NCBI GenBank assembly: GCA_030066795.1
Contig: JASJAW010000017.1
Coordinates: 22,959-86,958, forward strand
DNA length: 64,000 nucleotides
Source: Dinoroseobacter sp.
Lineage (GTDB): Bacteria > Pseudomonadota > Alphaproteobacteria > Rhodobacterales > Rhodobacteraceae
Direction: 5' to 3'
Part shown: in pieces, positions 33,948 to 43,176 of the stretch
How the letters are laid out: the number at the start of each line of letters is the position of its first letter
Position numbering within the stretch: the stretch's first letter is position 1
Notes under the pieces: generated by a model
Told to the model about the DNA's origin: nothing
Database searches by the model: none
Seen by the model: the letters and a program-made list of their open reading frames with translations, nothing else
Translations under genes and position numbers: made by a program

Positions 33948-34754
33948 TCAAGCTGTCGGGGTTGGTGGCGCCTCAGGTGTATAACCTTCAAAGGTGATGT
34001 TTGCGGCTATCCGGCGCGCTTTCTGCTCCTGTCGTGCGGAACGAACTGTCCAAGTGAGGACTGGAACGCCACGCGCGCGCATTTCGAGAACCTTTTGTGT
34101 GCCAAGGCCGCGCCGGTCGTGACTGATGAAGCTCGCGCCAATCTGGTCGAACATATTCATTCCGTTCAGTTCGGCGGCTCGGGCCCGGGACAGATTGCGG
34201 TTGGATCTGAAACGCTTTGTTGCCAGCCCACGCGGTATGTTCGGAGCCAAACGCGCCAGATGCGCAACGATGTGGGGATTGAAAGACATGGTCGCAACTG
34301 GACCGTTATAGTCAGCAAGAGCCAAGGCCACCGATCGGGCCAGAGTATCCGGCTCCTCCCCGAAGCAACCTGACTGATCTTTCAGCTCGATCAGCACCGG
34401 CACCTGGCCAGCTACCAAATCGAGAAACCCGGCAAGCGTCGGAATTGTGTCGCCGTTTCCTCCCGACAGTTCGAATCTGCCGAGCTCTTCCGCGCTGTAG
34501 TCGCGCACCCAACCTCTCCTTGCCGTAAGCCGCGACAGGGTTTCATCGTGAAACACCATCGCGACGCCGTCTCGGCTCAGTTGAAGGTCTAGTTCGATAC
34601 CATATCCGGCCGCGATCGCGGCAAGCGCGGCGGACGATGAGTTCTCAATTCGGCCAAGCGAGACGCTGTGCAGACCGCGATGGGCCAAGGGCACGGTTAA
34701 AAACGCTTCTGCAAGTGCAGGGCTACAGATCGTAGAATCTGGCGAGTCGCCCAT
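33948..34754 (-). CDS. Glycerophosphodiester phosphodiesterase family protein
   Basis: AHRGLH, ENS, GIELDLQ, VFHD.TL.R, IELK, TWTV. Confidence 0.9.
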   Translation of the reverse strand: MGDSPDSTICSPALAEAFLTVPLAHRGLHSVSLGRIENSSSAALAAIAAGYGIELDLQLSRDGVAMVFHDETLSRLTARRGWVRDYSAEELGRFELSGGNGDTIPTLAGFLDLVAGQVPVLIELKDQSGCFGEEPDTLARSVALALADYNGPVATMSFNPHIVAHLARLAPNIPRGLATKRFRSNRNLSRARAAELNGMNMFDQIGASFISHDRRGLGTQKVLEMRARGVPVLTWTVRSARQEQKARRIAANITFEGYTPEAPPTPTA

Positions 34755-35154
34755 CCGTTTCTTATTTCACCCCTGTTCAGGCAAGCTCCAAACCGTACTG
34801 CCCCGATCAGGCTGTCGTGGGAAGGTCTTGTCAATCGGCATATTTTTGCTGTGTCGGATTAGTCGCCAGAAGCGGTCGCTGAAACGTAAGTTGTATGCAA
34901 TCCATGAAAAAACCCAGCAACAAGCAGCTGTGCCTATGCACTTTGGCCACAACCTGAGCCTTAGCAAAGTTTTGGGGCTGACTCTTTCGCACGTGACGAA
35001 TATGCGCGTTGCTGACCAAAGGATAATTTAGCATGGTCGTCCGGGTATTGTGGGGGTTCTTGCCACAAGCGAGCCTCAACAAAGCCACTAAACCGGTAAA
35101 TACTTATCTTCGGCCTTTCGTTCACGCTATGGGTCGTATCCGCTGCCTGAGGAA

Positions 35155-36003
35155 ATGCGTGCAACGCAAATGAAGTACGAACTGCCCCGATCTTTCTCTC
35201 GTCTTTTGCGCAGCGGGACCTGTGCAGGACTGCTGCTTGCCATATCTGCCTGCGCAACACCGCAGCAGCCGGCACGCGACGAAATCAACGACCCGTTCGA
35301 AAGCTTTAACCGCAGCATGCATGGCTTCAACAAAGCCATCGACCGCGCGTTTATCAGCGATGCCGCTCGGATCTATGTGACCTACACCCCTGAACCGATT
35401 GTTCTGGGCATCGCGAATTTCTTCGACGCAGCTGGTGAACCACTAAACGCGGTAAACAACGCGCTGCAGGGCGACATAGACGGCTTCACCTATTCGACGT
35501 TGAGGTTCTTAACCAATGCCACTTTGGGCATTGTCGGCTTGTTCGATACCGCAACCGAGCTTGGTATTCCGCAGGATGACACCGATTTTGGTGAAACAAT
35601 GTTCGTCTGGGGAATCGGCGAAGGACCGTTTCTAGAGGTGCCGTTTTTTGGTCCACAAACCACACGGCGGTTTGTCGGACGAGGTGTCGACATCGTGATC
35701 GACCCATTGGGTTTGGTTATCGGCTTCTTTGACGGAGCAACGATACAAGCGACCTTGTTCTTGCTTGATGCACTCAAGCTAAGGGAAGATCGCCGCTCGA
35801 CGATTGACGATCTGCTTTACAACAGTGTCGACAGCTATGCGCGAGCACGAATTGTTTACCTTCAGAATCGCCGGTTCCTACTTGGAACACAGGATGGTCC
35901 CAACTATTTCGACCCCTACGTTAATCCGCCAGCTGGCATCGCTCCGGATGATGACTTTGGCGACACCTACATTGATCCCTATGAGGACCCGTATGTGCAA
36001 TAA
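35155..36003 (+). CDS. mlaA: VacJ/MlaA family lipoprotein (start 35155 or 35170)
   Basis: Lipobox ISA-C, DPFESFNR.M..FN, RF..NAT.GI.GLFD.A, DFGET...WG...GP. Confidence 0.9.
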   Translation: MRATQMKYELPRSFSRLLRSGTCAGLLLAISACATPQQPARDEINDPFESFNRSMHGFNKAIDRAFISDAARIYVTYTPEPIVLGIANFFDAAGEPLNAVNNALQGDIDGFTYSTLRFLTNATLGIVGLFDTATELGIPQDDTDFGETMFVWGIGEGPFLEVPFFGPQTTRRFVGRGVDIVIDPLGLVIGFFDGATIQATLFLLDALKLREDRRSTIDDLLYNSVDSYARARIVYLQNRRFLLGTQDGPNYFDPYVNPPAGIAPDDDFGDTYIDPYEDPYVQ

Positions 36004-36607
36004 CCTGTCCCGCCGTTCCTTTCTGGCTTCCACGGCCGCGCTGGCGGCAACTCTGGGTGTCTTCTCGATTTCCAACGCTGCGCACGCGATGAATGCCCAA
36101 CAGGCATCCTCTCTTGTCACGAAGTTGGTCGATGACATTCAGCGTACAGTGAACTCAGGCAAAACGGGTAACCCGCTCTATCGCGAATTCGAGCGTATCT
36201 TCGCGACTTACGCGGATGTTCCGATCATTGCGCAATCCGTTATGGGAGTGGAATGGCGCTCGGCGTCCTCGGCTCAGAGGCGCGCCTTCACCGATGCGTT
36301 TTCGGGATACGTGGCGCGGAAGTACGGCAAGCAGTTTCGAGACTTTATCGGAGGCCGCGTCGAAGTGAACAGCGCGCGTCCGATCCGTAGCTTCTTCGAG
36401 GTGCGTTCAACCGCTTACCTCAAGGGGCAGCGCCCTTTTGAAGTGATCTTCCTCGTTTCGGACCGGTCCGGCAGCGACCGCGTGTTCAACATTATTGTCG
36501 AAGGCGTAAATATGAACACGTCGGAACGGACAGAAATCGGCGCCATGCTTGACCGCAACCGTGGGAACATTGACGCTATGATTTCGGATCTGCGCACCGC
36601 GGGCTGA
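35993..36607 (+). CDS. mlaC: MlaC/Ttg2D phospholipid-binding periplasmic protein
   Basis: Follows mlaA; F.DAF..YVARKYG, V.S, VFNIIVEGVNM..SER.E. Confidence 0.8.
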   Translation: MCNNLSRRSFLASTAALAATLGVFSISNAAHAMNAQQASSLVTKLVDDIQRTVNSGKTGNPLYREFERIFATYADVPIIAQSVMGVEWRSASSAQRRAFTDAFSGYVARKYGKQFRDFIGGRVEVNSARPIRSFFEVRSTAYLKGQRPFEVIFLVSDRSGSDRVFNIIVEGVNMNTSERTEIGAMLDRNRGNIDAMISDLRTAG

Positions 36608-36617
36608 TCCAGAAGGA

Positions 36618-38891
36618 TCAATTGCCAAACAATTGCCTCAGAACGCCGCCGATCGCGCGCTCCACTTCGCCGACGTCACGGCGAAACTGATCTGCAGCCT
36701 CTTGCAAATTACCGGGAGTACGGATGTTTCGGGATCCCGGATCCTGTCCCGGCCGAAGTTCCGCGAGGCGTGGACCAGGCAGCTGCATGTTAAGTTCGCG
36801 GATCGGATCCCCGTCATGGACGCGCGTCATGGTCTCGCGCCAGATTTCTGCCGGAAGTCCGCCGCCTGTAACCCCTGTCAATGGGGTGTTGTCGTCATAC
36901 CCCATCCACACGCCTGCAACATAATCCGCTGTGAAGCCTACAAACCACGCATCTCGTGCCGCTTGTGTTGTACCCGTCTTCGCAGCAGCTGGACGACCAT
37001 CGGGAAGTTTCGCGCGGCGACCTGTGCCGGATTCGACCACTTCATGCATCATGTAGATAAGCTGCTCGGCAGCGCCCTGCGAGATCACGCGTTCGCCGAT
37101 ACCGCCCGTTTGTCCCAGAAGCGGGGCCGGGTCTTCCAGCAACCTAAGCTCCGACAGTCCGTAAGGTGCAACGCTGGAACCGCCATTCAGAATACCGGCA
37201 TAAGCCGCCGTCATTTCCAGAAGTGTCGACTCCGACGCCCCTAGGGCCAATGCTGGGCCTTCCGCCATTTTTTGCGCGATTCCAAAATCCGTCGCAACTT
37301 GGCGGACGTTGTCGCGACCCACGTCTTCAGACAGCCTGACCGCTGGCGTGTTCAGAGATGTCTTTAATGCGTGTGTCAGGGTGACATTGCCATAAAATTC
37401 GTTGGTATAGTTGCGTGGAGACCAAGGGCCTGAACCTGGGATGTTAAGGGTCAGGGGCGCATCAAGGATCAGGTCGTCGTATCTCCAGCCCAGATCCAGC
37501 GCGGCGGCATACACAAAGGGTTTGAATGCCGACCCAGTTTGGCGCAGAGCCTGCGTTGCGCGGTTGAAAGCCCCTGAAACCTGCAACTTCCGCCCACCCA
37601 CCATGGCGCGCACAGCACCGTCGGCCGACATCACCACAATCGCGGCCTGGGCCTGCGAGCCCGGGCTCACCTTGTTCTCGAAAACATACTTCAGAGCCTC
37701 CTCGGCAGCGCTTTGGATGCCTTGGTCCAGTGTAGAACGAATAATGACATCTTCTGTTGTCTGCGAGGCGAGAAAGGAGGGAGCCGTGTCCATCACCCAA
37801 TCCGCGAAATACCCACCGGCACGCTTTTCAGCCGCTTCCGAGAGTGTTGCCGGATTGGCAATTGCCACAGCAGCCTCGGTATCCGAGATAAACCCCTGGT
37901 CCTGCATCAGGCGTACTATGGTTGCGGCACGGGCCTGACTCCGCTCCAGATCAGATGTGGGCGCGAAGCGAGAGGGCGCCACGAGCAAACCTGCGAGCAT
38001 AGCTGCTTCGGCAGGGTTCACATCTGCGGCTGACTTTCCAAAGTACCGCTGGGAAGCAGCCGCGAAACCACGCGCGCCGGCGCCAAGATATGCGCGGTTC
38101 AAGTAAATCGTCAGAATTTCATCTTTGCTGTATTTCGCTTCAAGGGCGAAAGAATATGGGACTTCACGAAGTTTGCGTGTGATCCCTCCGCCGCGGCATT
38201 CGGCTTCGTACTCGGCTTCCGTCATTCCCGATGACGGGTCGTACTCAGTTCCAAGACACAGAAGCTTTGCCACCTGCTGCGTGATTGTGGATCCGCCGTG
38301 GCCCTGAAGCGGTCCGCGTCCCTCCCTTAGATTGATTCTGACTGCACCGGCGATTCCGCGGGGTGAGACACCAAAATGGCGATAGAAACGACGGTCTTCG
38401 GTTGCAAGAATGGCATTCTTCAGGTGGGGTGACACAGTATCGGCCGTGATTATCCCGCCAAACTGATCCCCTCGCCACGCGAAGACTTCGCCATTCCGGT
38501 CTAGCAGAGTTACCGATCCCCGGACCCTGCCATCTGTGAGCGCGAGTGCGGGAGGCAGCTGTGCGTAGTGATAGGCCGTGATCCCCAGGACGATTAACAG
38601 CCCAACTGCCGTCACCCGCCAGGTGATCGCGAAGATCATCCGGAAAATCCAGGAGACCATCCTGCGGAGCGTGCGCCCCAGCCAGGTCCCGCCTTGCTTC
38701 GATCTGGCGGTTTTGCGCGCACGGGTGGTTTTGCGTTTCGCTGAAGACGCGGACTTGGCCTTCGTAGGCTTGGCTTTTGACTTCGATTGGGAAACCAAGC
38801 CAGTCGATTTGCGCGATGACTTGGTCTTGGCCGCGGGAACCGACCGTTTGTCGGCCCTTAGCACCGGGCCCTTGCGGTTGCCTGTACTCAT
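36618..38891 (-). CDS. Class A penicillin-binding protein (PBP1A family)
   Basis: EDRRFY.HFG, GGSTITQQVAK, RKLRE, YLNRAYLG; transpeptidase GSAFKP, SLN, KTGT. Confidence 0.93.
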   Translation of the reverse strand: MSTGNRKGPVLRADKRSVPAAKTKSSRKSTGLVSQSKSKAKPTKAKSASSAKRKTTRARKTARSKQGGTWLGRTLRRMVSWIFRMIFAITWRVTAVGLLIVLGITAYHYAQLPPALALTDGRVRGSVTLLDRNGEVFAWRGDQFGGIITADTVSPHLKNAILATEDRRFYRHFGVSPRGIAGAVRINLREGRGPLQGHGGSTITQQVAKLLCLGTEYDPSSGMTEAEYEAECRGGGITRKLREVPYSFALEAKYSKDEILTIYLNRAYLGAGARGFAAASQRYFGKSAADVNPAEAAMLAGLLVAPSRFAPTSDLERSQARAATIVRLMQDQGFISDTEAAVAIANPATLSEAAEKRAGGYFADWVMDTAPSFLASQTTEDVIIRSTLDQGIQSAAEEALKYVFENKVSPGSQAQAAIVVMSADGAVRAMVGGRKLQVSGAFNRATQALRQTGSAFKPFVYAAALDLGWRYDDLILDAPLTLNIPGSGPWSPRNYTNEFYGNVTLTHALKTSLNTPAVRLSEDVGRDNVRQVATDFGIAQKMAEGPALALGASESTLLEMTAAYAGILNGGSSVAPYGLSELRLLEDPAPLLGQTGGIGERVISQGAAEQLIYMMHEVVESGTGRRAKLPDGRPAAAKTGTTQAARDAWFVGFTADYVAGVWMGYDDNTPLTGVTGGGLPAEIWRETMTRVHDGDPIRELNMQLPGPRLAELRPGQDPGSRNIRTPGNLQEAADQFRRDVGEVERAIGGVLRQLFGN

Positions 38892-38973
38892 ACCCTGTGC
38901 CTGCTTTTTGCGGTCTTGTCGGTGCCGCGACGCGACTTTGGTGCCGCAAAGATAAGCCCTATCGACTCAGAAG

Positions 38974-38990
38974 TGCACCCGCATGTCGCA
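38974..38990. promoter_or_regulatory. Putative NtrC binding site upstream of glnK
   Basis: TGCACCC-gca-TGTCGCA, a 17-bp TGC-N11-GCA similar to TGCACCA-N3-TGGTGCA, about 180 nt upstream of glnK. Confidence 0.4.
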
Positions 38991-39170
38991 GATTTGCAAT
39001 CCTTAGATTGATTAAAAAATGTGCAACATATCCAAAATGTGCAAAAAATGTGCGAAAACAACTCCTGGTTGTGGGGAAACGCCGCAGTTTCGTTGAAGCC
39101 AGCCAGCGCACGTTCTGTTGTGCAGCGCGTGAACTCTCGCAGGGCAACTGCAAAAGGAAGGGTAACAAAA

Positions 39171-39509
39171 GTGAAACTTATCATCGCAGCAATCAAACCG
39201 TTCAAGCTGGAGGAAGTGCGCGAGGCGCTCACATCCATCGGCGTGCGCGGCATGATGGTCACCGAGATCAAAGGCTTCGGCTCCCAGTCCGGTCATACCG
39301 AAATCTACCGCGGCGCGGAATACGCCGTGAACTTCGTCCCGAAGGTCAAACTGGAGATCGTGGTCAGTGCCTCAATGGCTGACCAAGTGGTCGAAACAAT
39401 CCAGAAAACCGCCAAGACCGACAAAATCGGCGACGGCAAAATCTTCGTCCTTGACGTCCAGCAAGCCGTGCGCGTGCGGACGGGTGAAACCAACGACGAC
39501 GCGCTGTAA
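39171..39509 (+). CDS. glnK: PII nitrogen regulatory protein GlnK
   Basis: 112 aa from GTG; IKPFKL.EV, GHTEIYRGAEY (Tyr51), KIGDGKIFV, RVRTGE; directly upstream of amtB. Confidence 0.95.
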   Translation: MKLIIAAIKPFKLEEVREALTSIGVRGMMVTEIKGFGSQSGHTEIYRGAEYAVNFVPKVKLEIVVSASMADQVVETIQKTAKTDKIGDGKIFVLDVQQAVRVRTGETNDDAL

Positions 39510-39543
39510 GCGCAGGCGATCCTTCGAGAAAGGCTTCAACGAA

Positions 39544-40875
39544 ATGAAACTGATGAAACTCCTTCCCATTGTCGCGCTGCTGGCGGCGCCGAGCATGGGT
39601 TTCGCGCAGGACGCTGAAGAGGTGGCAGCTGTCGCTTCCGACGAGTTCGTGTGGATTATGAACTCGCTGCTATTCCTGATTGGCGGCTTCCTGGTCTTCT
39701 TCATGGCAGCAGGCTTTGCCATGCTTGAAGGCGGTTTGGTGCGTTCCAAGAACGTGACCATGCAGATGACAAAAAACGTCGCGCTCTTTTCAATCGCGGC
39801 CATCATGTACTGGCTCATCGGCTATAACCTGATGTATCCGCTGGGTGACTGGGCGATCGAGGGCTACTTCTCCGCGCTGTTCCCGGCTGTAGGGGTGCTA
39901 GAGCCCGTGGGTGTCACGCTTGCGGACGCAGACGACGCTTCCTATGCAGCGACTGGGTCGGACTACATCTTCCAGCTGATGTTCTGTGCTGCTACCGCGT
40001 CCATCGTGTCCGGTGCCCTTGCGGAACGTATCAAACTGTGGCCGTTCCTGATCTTCACCGCAGTTCTGACTGGCTTCATCTACCCGCTGACCGCATCCTG
40101 GCAGTGGGGCGGTGGCTGGCTGTCCGAGGCTGGCTTCTCCGACTTTGCTGGTTCGACCGTTGTGCACGCGTGTGGTGCGGCTGCCGCGCTTGCAGGTGCA
40201 ATCGTTCTCGGCCCGCGGATTGGCAAGTACAAAGATGGCAAAATCAACCCGATGCCTGGTTCAAATCTGGCTCTGGCGACACTCGGTATGTTCATCCTGT
40301 GGCTCGGCTGGTTCGGCTTCAACGGCGGCTCGCAGCTTGCTATGGGTTCTGTGGGTGACGTTGCTGACGTCTCGCGGATCTTCTCCAACACCAATATGGC
40401 AGCGGCTTCTGGTGCGGTAACCGCGCTCATCCTGACCCAGGTGCTTTACAAGAAGCCTGACCTGACCATGGTGCTGAACGGCGCACTGGCAGGCCTTGTG
40501 TCCATCACCGCTGAGCCGCTCGCTCCGACCTTGTTTGGCGCGCTGTGGATCGGTGCTGTGGGCGGCATCATCGTGGTGTTCACGGTTCCGATGCTCGACA
40601 AAATGAAGATCGACGACGTCGTCGGCGCGATCCCGGTCCACGGTTTTGCCGGGGTGTGGGGCACCATCGCGGTGATCTTCTACGGTGAAGCATCGCTGGG
40701 CACCCAACTGCTGGGTATCATTGCCATCGTCGGAGCAACCTTCGTTCTGTCGCTTGTGCTGTGGTTTATCCTGAAAGCTGTCGTAGGTATCCGCGTCTCC
40801 GAAGACGCAGAGATCAACGGGTTGGATACAGTCGAATTGGGCATGGAAGCCTATCCGGACTTTACCAAGGGTTAA
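39544..40875 (+). CDS. amtB: Ammonium transporter
   Basis: AGFAMLEGG.VRSKN, FQLMF, DFAGSTVVH, LWLGWFGFNGGS, DDVVGAIPVHG, twin His intact. Confidence 0.96.
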   Translation: MKLMKLLPIVALLAAPSMGFAQDAEEVAAVASDEFVWIMNSLLFLIGGFLVFFMAAGFAMLEGGLVRSKNVTMQMTKNVALFSIAAIMYWLIGYNLMYPLGDWAIEGYFSALFPAVGVLEPVGVTLADADDASYAATGSDYIFQLMFCAATASIVSGALAERIKLWPFLIFTAVLTGFIYPLTASWQWGGGWLSEAGFSDFAGSTVVHACGAAAALAGAIVLGPRIGKYKDGKINPMPGSNLALATLGMFILWLGWFGFNGGSQLAMGSVGDVADVSRIFSNTNMAAASGAVTALILTQVLYKKPDLTMVLNGALAGLVSITAEPLAPTLFGALWIGAVGGIIVVFTVPMLDKMKIDDVVGAIPVHGFAGVWGTIAVIFYGEASLGTQLLGIIAIVGATFVLSLVLWFILKAVVGIRVSEDAEINGLDTVELGMEAYPDFTKG

Positions 40876-40903
40876 TCCTCCTTCCTGATTAACCTGATAC
40901 CTC

Positions 40904-40934
40904 CCCGGGCGGGCATGTCTCGCCCGGGCTTTTT
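40904..40934 (+). terminator. Intrinsic terminator after amtB
   Basis: CCCGGGCG-ggcatgtct-CGCCCGGG-C-TTTTT. Confidence 0.75.
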
Positions 40935-41008
40935 GAAAACAAGTCTCTTAGACAGTTTTGCCCCGGTCCACGACCAGACAGCCATCTCCTTTTCAGTGCA
41001 CTTCCTCG

Positions 41009-41042
41009 CGCTGCGGGTCCTCCCCCCGCAGCGTCTTTTTTT
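41009..41042 (+). terminator. Second plus-strand terminator-like hairpin
   Basis: CGCTGCGGG-tcctccc-CCCGCAGCG-TC-TTTTTTT. Confidence 0.6.
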
Positions 41043-41057
41043 GGAGGGAGCGTCGCT

Positions 41058-42230
41058 TTAGTCGCGCAAGACCCGTGCAAGGGCTCTGGCAACCGGAAGC
41101 GCAGTTTCAGGTGTAATGCCAGCGAGATTAATCCGCCCATCGCCAACCGCATATATCGCATGATCGTGCCGCAACCTGGCAACCCTTTCGGTTCCCAAAG
41201 GCAGCAACAGAAACATTCCGCGCTTGTTCAAACAGGTATCGAAGCGGTCGGATTGCAGCGCGTCGCGTAATTCCTGCGTAAGAGCCGAACGGGCTTGCGA
41301 CAGCGTTTCCCGGATACGTTCCAGTTCTGTTTCCCAGATTTTCCGCAGGTCCGGAGTGTCCAGTATGACGCTGACGCAGCGCGCTCCGTGATCGGGTGGA
41401 AAGGTGAAGTCCATCCGATTGAGAACGGCAAGGTGGCTTTGGACCGCGGCTTTGGCATGTGACAATACACAAGCCAGTCCAACCCGCTCTCGATAAAGAC
41501 CGAAACTCTTGGACCCTGAGAACGCGACCATAACCTCGGGCAGCCGGGCACAGGCCTCTCCGATCATCCCTGTGTCCGCCGTAGGAGAGGCGGCGAAGCC
41601 AAGATAAGCTGCGTCGATGAGAGGCACGGCGCCATGCTTTTCGATCAGCGCGAGCATTTCGTTTTGTAAATCCGCGTCCGGGTCGGCCCCGGTCGGATTG
41701 TGACAGCAGGCGTGCAGGATCACCACATCACCGGCATGCAGCTTAGACAGGTCGTCGAGGATCCTTTCTGTGGCCAGCCTCCCGGAGGTCCGGTCGAGCC
41801 AGGCATAGGGATTGGTCTCCAGGCCCAGGTCCTGCGCCAGCGCCCAGTGATTGGGCCATGTCTGGGCAGGTATCCAGACCCGCGCTTTCGGAGATGCAGT
41901 GCACGTGAGGGCCAGCAGCTGGCGAACCGCCGAGGTTCCACCCACTGTCGCAGCCGCTGCCACGTTGTCTGCGTACTTGTTAAACAGAAACCTGGACACC
42001 GCTGCGGCGAAGCCAGCATCGCCCAGCAAACCTGTGTAGGCTTTCGTAGTTTGCGTCTCCCAGATATGGTGCTCCGCGCGTTTCACGGCTTCAAAAACCG
42101 GGCTGGAGCCATCAGGCTCGCGCCAGATGCCTACACCGAGGTCGATTTTCTCAGAACGGGGATCGTCCCGAAAAGCTTGCATCAGGGCAAGGATCGCATC
42201 GGTCTCAAGGGGGTTCAGATCAGCGAACAT
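41058..42230 (-). CDS. Aromatic amino acid/aspartate aminotransferase (class I PLP)
   Basis: KIDLGVG, HACCHNPTG.D, DAAYLGF, SKSFGLYRERVG (PLP Lys), GRINLAG. Confidence 0.92.
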   Translation of the reverse strand: MFADLNPLETDAILALMQAFRDDPRSEKIDLGVGIWREPDGSSPVFEAVKRAEHHIWETQTTKAYTGLLGDAGFAAAVSRFLFNKYADNVAAAATVGGTSAVRQLLALTCTASPKARVWIPAQTWPNHWALAQDLGLETNPYAWLDRTSGRLATERILDDLSKLHAGDVVILHACCHNPTGADPDADLQNEMLALIEKHGAVPLIDAAYLGFAASPTADTGMIGEACARLPEVMVAFSGSKSFGLYRERVGLACVLSHAKAAVQSHLAVLNRMDFTFPPDHGARCVSVILDTPDLRKIWETELERIRETLSQARSALTQELRDALQSDRFDTCLNKRGMFLLLPLGTERVARLRHDHAIYAVGDGRINLAGITPETALPVARALARVLRD

Positions 42231-42242
42231 CTGCTCCGGTGA

Positions 42243-43094
42243 TCAGCCAGTGGCGACTTTCAGATCCCTGAAGGACCCCCACTCGGTCCAAGACCCGTCA
42301 TAGAGGCTGTGTTGTGCATGACCGATACGTTCGAGCGCGAGGCTCAGAATGGCTGCCGTCACGCCGGAGCCGCATGACGTAATCACGGGCCGCGCAAGGT
42401 CCACACCAGCTTCATCAAAGGCTGCGCGCAGCGCATCCGTGCCCTTCATGGTCTGGTCTTCGTTCAGAAGGGATCGGTAGTGCACGTTGAAAGACCCCGG
42501 AATATGCCCGGCTTGCAGGCCGGGGCGCGGTTCCTCCTCTTCCCCTTGAAAGCGCGCCGGTGACCTTGCATCGACGATCTGTGGGCTACCCAGTTTGGAG
42601 GCCGCGGCGACTTGGGTAACATCCTTGATCAAATGGGCCTGACGCTGAACGGTTATGTGGCGGTCCCGGATCACGGGCGGCAAATCCTCGACCTCGCGAC
42701 CTTCGGCCTGCCACTTCGGAAAGCCGCCATCTAATACAGCGACATCCGCCTTGCCCATAAGCTTGAACAGCCACCACAATCGTGCGGCGGAGAAGAGGCC
42801 AGCGCCGTCGTACACAACCACCTGATGCCCATCGCCGACCCCGAGGGCCCGCATCCGGGAGATGAACTTTTCAACGGGCGGCACCATGTGCGGAAGCTCG
42901 GACCGGGCGTCGCTGACATCGTCTATATCTACAAACCGCGCGCCGGGGATATGCGCTTGATCGTACTCGGCACGAGGGTCGCGTCCTTCGGCTGGCAGAT
43001 ACCAGCTTGCATCGAGGATGCGCAAATCCGGATCTGGCAGATGCGCGGCCAACCAGTCGGTTGACACAAGAGTTTTCGGGTCATCTGCAGACAC
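42243..43094 (-). CDS. sseA: 3-mercaptopyruvate sulfurtransferase
   Basis: HIPGA, AARLWW, GHIPGS, active loop CGSGVTA, LYDGSWTEW; GTG start with AAGGAGG SD. Confidence 0.95.
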   Translation of the reverse strand: MSADDPKTLVSTDWLAAHLPDPDLRILDASWYLPAEGRDPRAEYDQAHIPGARFVDIDDVSDARSELPHMVPPVEKFISRMRALGVGDGHQVVVYDGAGLFSAARLWWLFKLMGKADVAVLDGGFPKWQAEGREVEDLPPVIRDRHITVQRQAHLIKDVTQVAAASKLGSPQIVDARSPARFQGEEEEPRPGLQAGHIPGSFNVHYRSLLNEDQTMKGTDALRAAFDEAGVDLARPVITSCGSGVTAAILSLALERIGHAQHSLYDGSWTEWGSFRDLKVATG

Positions 43095-43176
43095 GGGGGT
43101 CCCCTCCTTCACGGCGCGTGCTCACTTGCCTAGCGAGCGCAGACCGGTCTTGCAAGTTTCCGCATAGGATTCGCGC

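Noticed and set aside
34755-35154. 400-nt gap with several 60-100-aa ORFs, possible lost genes or sRNA
   Set aside because: The ORFs lack SD sequences and motifs and I found no strong hairpin; it is compatible with a divergent promoter region
39003-39016. TTAG…TTAA as a CtrA box upstream of glnK
   Set aside because: Spacing and first half-site do not fit TTAA-N7-TTAA
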